Shown here: positions 16,937-21,476 of the stretch, piece after piece
Layout: each line of letters opens with the position of its first letter
How positions within the stretch are numbered: the stretch's first letter is position 1
Source: Candidatus Thorarchaeota archaeon
GTDB lineage: Archaea > Asgardarchaeota > Thorarchaeia > Thorarchaeales > Thorarchaeaceae
Direction of reading: 5' to 3'
Assembly: GCA_048882385.1 (NCBI GenBank)
Contig: JBHLRQ010000051.1
Span: 1-21,476 of the forward strand
DNA: 21,476 nucleotides
Notes under the pieces: model-generated
Told to the model about the DNA's origin: nothing
Databases searched by the model: none
Seen by the model: the letters and a program-made list of their open reading frames with translations, nothing else
Position numbers and translations under genes: made by a program

Positions 16937-17974
16937 ATGAATATCATCGAAGCAATCAGAGCCCTCCCAAAAGTTGAGCTTCATGTTCATACCATGGGAT
17001 CAATTCAACCTTCGACACTTCTGGGAATCATAAGAGAGGAAGGATTTGAAACACCTTATGATACAGAGCAGGACCTTGTGAAAAGATTCCAGTACACCAA
17101 CTTTGTGCACTTCATTGAAGTTTATGTGGAGATAATTGACTACATCTCCGATGAGAAACACTTCGAACATATCACCTATGAAATGCTAAAGAATTCATCA
17201 GAGTGCAATACGCGTTATGTGGAGGCAAGTTTTTCTCCAATTGACCATATGCAGCGTAATTTGGAATTTTCAAAGATGGTGAGGGCAATCAACCGAGGAA
17301 TAGACCAAGCAAGGGATTCCTTTCAGATTGATGCTAATATCAGAATTGACCTTGTTCGCAGTTCAACGCAAGAGGAAGCCATGGAGATTCTTGACCTTGT
17401 TGAGAAACATCCCAAAAACATTGTATCTATCGATATCGGTGGTGATGAAACAAGGTTTCCGCCAAAGCCATTTGCTGAAGTATATGAACGAGCTAGTGAG
17501 ATGGGACTCCACCTTGTCGCGCACGCTGGAGAAGCTGCTGGACCTCGGTCAATTTGGGATGCAATTGAGTTCTTGAAGGTAGAACGGATTGGACATGGTG
17601 TGAGTGCACGTGAAGATCCAAAATTGGTTAACTTTCTCAAAGAAAAGAAGATTGGTATTGAAATGAATCCGGTGAGTAATATAAGAACAAGAGTTGTTGA
17701 ATCAATCCAAAATCACCCTATTCGAGACTTCTTTGACAAAGGTCTGTTGGTCACAGTCAACAGCGATGACCCTTCATTGTTCCATACTGATTTGAACAAC
17801 GAGTATATTCAGATCCACAAGCACCTAGCCTTCTCAATTCAAGAATTACATCAACTATCTTTTAATGGTATTAAAACATCGTTCATCACTGAAAACAAGA
17901 AAATGGAATTGAGAGAAGCGTTTTCAGAGGAGTACAGTAGGATTGTGAGTCAAATTGAGTCAAAGCACTACTAA
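16937..17974 (+). CDS. add: Adenosine/adenine deaminase family metallohydrolase
   Basis: LPKVELHVH, HAGE, RIGHG, PVSN and VNSDDP. Start placed at ATG 16937. Confidence 0.92.
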   Translation: MNIIEAIRALPKVELHVHTMGSIQPSTLLGIIREEGFETPYDTEQDLVKRFQYTNFVHFIEVYVEIIDYISDEKHFEHITYEMLKNSSECNTRYVEASFSPIDHMQRNLEFSKMVRAINRGIDQARDSFQIDANIRIDLVRSSTQEEAMEILDLVEKHPKNIVSIDIGGDETRFPPKPFAEVYERASEMGLHLVAHAGEAAGPRSIWDAIEFLKVERIGHGVSAREDPKLVNFLKEKKIGIEMNPVSNIRTRVVESIQNHPIRDFFDKGLLVTVNSDDPSLFHTDLNNEYIQIHKHLAFSIQELHQLSFNGIKTSFITENKKMELREAFSEEYSRIVSQIESKHY

Positions 17975-18588
17975 TCATCAACTGAACGCCAAGCTAGATA
18001 TGTACCCACAGTTTCTAAGGGATGCCATTTTTTGGCAATTTCCTCAACCTGTTTCTGAGTAGGCACTTCAGCAAGCCCATAGAGTTTCATAACGCCTTTT
18101 CTGACACCAAGGTCTCCTGCAGCAATGACATCCAATCTGCCTAGTGCGAAGATTAGATACATCTGAACTGTCCAAATGCCTACTCCTTTAATCTTAGAGA
18201 ATAGGGCAGTAATTTCAGCAGTAGAAAGTTCTGAGAGAGATTCTGTCTTCCGATATTTCCAGAGAAATCCACCCCTACCAAAGGCTTCTGCAACATTATG
18301 GATGTAGGAAGCTTTCTGCCTCGAGAGTCCAACAGATCTCAACTCCTCTTGTGTTTTGGCAAGGACTCTGGTTGGTGTTAGTTGCCCGACAAGTTCAAGA
18401 AACCGGTCGTGAATTGTTTTGGCTGCTTTGTATGCCAGCTGTTGATAGAGTATGGATCTCACAAGCATATTGAATGGCGGCTGATGTGATGGTTCAAGTT
18501 TAATCTTGGCATTTCTTAATGCACTCTCAAGCTCTGGTACCTGTTTTGCGAATTTATCAAGAGTCTTTTTTGTGAAGACATTGGTCAT
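17971..18588 (-). CDS. alkA: DNA-3-methyladenine glycosylase II (AlkA/HhH-GPD family)
   Basis: RSILYQQL, GLSRQKASYI, KIKGVGIWTVQM (HhH) and AGDLGVRK (catalytic Asp). Start placed at ATG 18588. Confidence 0.88.
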   Translation of the reverse strand: MTNVFTKKTLDKFAKQVPELESALRNAKIKLEPSHQPPFNMLVRSILYQQLAYKAAKTIHDRFLELVGQLTPTRVLAKTQEELRSVGLSRQKASYIHNVAEAFGRGGFLWKYRKTESLSELSTAEITALFSKIKGVGIWTVQMYLIFALGRLDVIAAGDLGVRKGVMKLYGLAEVPTQKQVEEIAKKWHPLETVGTYLAWRSVDD

Positions 18589-18665
18589 TGTGAGAGTGAT
18601 TTGCAAGATATTCGTATTAACTATATTCATGTCTGCCATTCATTCGATAATAGAATTAATAGAAA

Positions 18666-20348
18666 CTATTTTCTGAATCTTGATACCTGCACAAGAGCCG
18701 CCAAAGGGAGCAATGGAATCGGTATCGTCATTGTCACCAATGCAATGATTCCCATTATGACCAGTATAGCTGCGATTGTTCTGAGAACTTCACTTCTGCT
18801 GATATCCCCACTGATAAAAAGCCAGAATCTTCTCACAACGATTGCGGAGAGAATGAACCAGACTAGACCAAATACTATGTAGTGCAAAGTTATCGAAAGG
18901 CTGATTGTCCAAGGGAATGAAAACTCGAGAGGGAAGTGTCCCCAAGAGGGATGCGCAGTCCATGATAGAACTCCGAATGATGTTGAAACCCAGATGGACC
19001 ATCTTGCGGGATTAAAGGCTGGCAAGTAAAAGTGTATCGCTGATGGGAGTAACATGAATAATAAGAGTGGGACTACAAAACGTTCTTTCGTATCCCAATC
19101 AATAATGTTTGGTTCAAGGGGATGACTCCGTCTAGCCCTTTTTACGAGAATTACTGAAAATACAACACATCCTGATATAATGAGGAGAATGGAACTAGAG
19201 GTAGCCACAAGAAGAGGCATATTCTTTGGTTCAGGATCACTATCATAACTTCCAGCAACTCCAGCAATCGGATACCAACCATACCCAATATAATCATCCC
19301 ACCAATTACCTATCCAGATATTTCCTTGACCTGCATCGTTTGCGTGTTCAAATTCGTTAGCCAAAAATGAGTTCCTGCTAATTCTATTATTATCACCCGC
19401 GATCCAGAGTCCATATTCATTATGATGAATGGAATTGGTTTCCAGAGTGCAGTTTTTTTCATCCGACCACAGGTTGAAACCAAGATAGTTGTCGTAGACA
19501 GAATTGTTTGTGACAATGGTATTCTCTGCGCTCCATAATTCCATACCAAAGTAATTCTCTGAGATGGAATTATTCACTATCAAACCATTAAATGAACTAC
19601 CGATGGTCAGACCTTCATCTTCATGATTTTGTATAGTATTATTCCTAATCTCAAACCCAATACTCCCAGAAACTAATAATCCACCATGTGCGTTATACCC
19701 GCCAATCATTTCGTTCGAGAGCACGACTAATTGGTCAGTATCTTCAGTGTAAAGCTCCCAGGTATGAAGACTGCTTACCCGAGAATTTGAAAGAATAAAG
19801 AAGGTGCAATTTGTTGTGTGTAAACCATTCCATTGTGCAGTTATGTCGCATCTATCAACCTGACAGAAATCCGAGTCATCTATGAAGATTGCATCAGCCC
19901 GAGAAGATAGCATCGAATCCACAATCTTGCCATTTGTGACGTTTCGGAAATACACACAAAACTGACGAGGCATCATTTCATACACATCAGCATCTAGAAC
20001 ACAATCTTTCACAATGAAGAATGCATCAGTATCTGTAATGTTGATGCATGTTTGGTTTGCAAATATGGAGAGGTTTTCGATGATGAAGGGACTACTCTCA
20101 GTTCCATTCCCAGGCCATCCTTGAGATACAAAATCTGAGTTACCAGAGATTGTTATCTGGGAATGAGGTGTAGCATCATTCAAACACCAATTGGGTAGGG
20201 TAATGGACATTTGGTTTTCGTTTAAGAGTACAGGAACATGTGCTAGCTGAACCATGAATGAAAATAACAGTAGAAAACACGTCATGTAGATAAACTTGCT
20301 ATTGACCCGATGTTTGAACAATAAAATAAACCCCCAAAAAATATTCAC
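18666..20348 (-). CDS. Right-handed parallel beta-helix (NosD-like) surface protein with C-terminal multi-TM anchor
   Basis: N-terminal hydrophobic segment, GWPGNGT..PFIIENL, repeated I.NN.I..N..G, GNWWDDY and D..P, then several hydrophobic helices. True start is uncertain (may be 20321 or 20285). Confidence 0.85.
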   Translation of the reverse strand: MNIFWGFILLFKHRVNSKFIYMTCFLLLFSFMVQLAHVPVLLNENQMSITLPNWCLNDATPHSQITISGNSDFVSQGWPGNGTESSPFIIENLSIFANQTCINITDTDAFFIVKDCVLDADVYEMMPRQFCVYFRNVTNGKIVDSMLSSRADAIFIDDSDFCQVDRCDITAQWNGLHTTNCTFFILSNSRVSSLHTWELYTEDTDQLVVLSNEMIGGYNAHGGLLVSGSIGFEIRNNTIQNHEDEGLTIGSSFNGLIVNNSISENYFGMELWSAENTIVTNNSVYDNYLGFNLWSDEKNCTLETNSIHHNEYGLWIAGDNNRISRNSFLANEFEHANDAGQGNIWIGNWWDDYIGYGWYPIAGVAGSYDSDPEPKNMPLLVATSSSILLIISGCVVFSVILVKRARRSHPLEPNIIDWDTKERFVVPLLLFMLLPSAIHFYLPAFNPARWSIWVSTSFGVLSWTAHPSWGHFPLEFSFPWTISLSITLHYIVFGLVWFILSAIVVRRFWLFISGDISRSEVLRTIAAILVIMGIIALVTMTIPIPLLPLAALVQVSRFRK

Positions 20349-20561
20349 ATGATGTCAGATAAACCATGTGTCCTATTTAGACAAAAACGATCTAAGTATC
20401 ACTATCAGGGTTTGGAATCTTGAGAGTCTGCACCAGAGATTATTGAACCTAGGTGTCCAGGTGGAGATATTTACCATCTACCTTCTTAGTAGAATTTGTG
20501 AAACTGCTCAGATAGACAATGTAATATTGGTCACCCAATACATAAAATTTGGAGGTTTATT

Positions 20562-20900
20562 ATGCAATCAAAAACACCAAGTTTCAACGAAATCATCACC
20601 TTCATTGCTCAGCTTGTTCCAGACATTCCTGAACCAAGTGAGATAATGTATGAAATTGAACACAAAGGCAAGGTTCTCTGGCTTGAAGGATGGTGTGACG
20701 GTTGTATTGCTAGCAAGGGATTCCCACCCAAGGGCAAAGGAAAGCTGCAAGAGAAATTAGATTATCTCAGAGAGTTGACACCAGGATTCTTAGAAGAGAG
20801 AGCCGTGAAAAGGGAAATGAAAGTGGAGTATTCAGGATTTATTCCATTAGATGACAAAGAGTTTCTCTATGGTGTATCTTGGGCTATTTTCAAGGAATAA
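20562..20900 (+). CDS. Hypothetical protein with WCDGC motif
   Basis: 112 aa ORF with GGAGG RBS before the ATG, filling the gap between two minus-strand genes. Confidence 0.7.
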   Translation: MQSKTPSFNEIITFIAQLVPDIPEPSEIMYEIEHKGKVLWLEGWCDGCIASKGFPPKGKGKLQEKLDYLRELTPGFLEERAVKREMKVEYSGFIPLDDKEFLYGVSWAIFKE

Positions 20901-20965
20901 ACTCTTGATACGTGTAATTAATCTAGTTTCCTCTGTTTTACAAGTCCTATGCATAGTTTTGTCAA

Positions 20966-21475
20966 TCATACTCCCCAGTATGCTTGTAGGAAATCCCACC
21001 ATCCTTCATGTGGAAACTGCATTGCAAGGTAGTCATCGCCGTTCCAATAGACGTTGTTGGTGAAAGACCCGTAGGAACCTGGGAAGAAGATTCCCAAACC
21101 TTCAGCTGAAGCCAATGCATTGCTTGTCTTTACATACATTGATTCCACGAGAGTTTCATATAGTTCAGATGCACCTTGAACATCGTTGATCGCCAAATAA
21201 TTGACAAACGTTGGTAAATCGATGTACGCCTCCCAACCATATTGGGACCACCCTAGATTGCCTTCTCCTTTGGCTTCAGATATCATTTCATGTGTTGCGT
21301 CCCTATCGTCAAGGAGTAGATTTTCCAAAACATCCGTCATCTGTCCAAGTTGCTCCACTATCAAATCGATAGAGCTCATGTCAATTGCTGCTAGCTCGAC
21401 AAGCCGTGAAGCAGGTCGTAAAGCTTCATAGTAAGCAATATAGTTGTCCACTATTGTCATGGATAGGTCGAATGC
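20966..21475 (-). CDS. Clostripain (peptidase C11)-like protein, C-terminal part; 5' end outside the window
   Basis: Frame is open to the window edge. AAIDMS, YIDLPTF, GLGIFFP and WWDFL match the C-terminal pattern of C11 proteins. Catalytic residues are not in the window. Confidence 0.6.
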   Translation of the reverse strand, partial: AFDLSMTIVDNYIAYYEALRPASRLVELAAIDMSSIDLIVEQLGQMTDVLENLLLDDRDATHEMISEAKGEGNLGWSQYGWEAYIDLPTFVNYLAINDVQGASELYETLVESMYVKTSNALASAEGLGIFFPGSYGSFTNNVYWNGDDYLAMQFPHEGWWDFLQAYWGV

Positions 21476-21476
21476 A

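Overview
Gene-dense archaeal-looking window. GGTGA/GGAGG ribosome-binding sites, TATA-like promoter elements, a double-wHTH Lrp-like regulator and a NosD/beta-helix membrane protein suggest an anaerobic archaeon, plausibly Asgard/Thorarchaeia (inference only). About 23 genes are supported, in order: a vWA protein (5' truncated), a dCache-HAMP membrane sensor with no output domain, and a bacterial-type arginine decarboxylase (SpeA); M24 peptidase, Zn alcohol dehydrogenase and amidase on the minus strand; a TusA - DsrE - IscS-like - IscU-fusion sulfur/Fe-S operon; GNAT; a beta-class DNA methyltransferase coupled to a PD-(D/E)XK-like protein; two divergent wHTH regulators sharing a duplicated operator-like motif; a CxxC Trx-like protein; a Cys/Met PLP lyase; PspC; adenosine deaminase; AlkA; a beta-helix membrane protein; a small CxxC hypothetical; and a partial clostripain-like protein. 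Highlights: (1) the IscS homolog has Asp in place of the PLP Schiff-base Lys and sits with TusA, DsrE and an IscU fused to a degenerate thioredoxin-reductase NADPH domain; (2) the dCache sensor resembles the Cache part of eukaryotic calcium-channel alpha2delta, sits next to a separate vWA gene, and has an Arg-to-Glu pocket change suggesting amine/polyamine sensing beside speA. No rRNA, tRNA, CRISPR or transposase was recognised.
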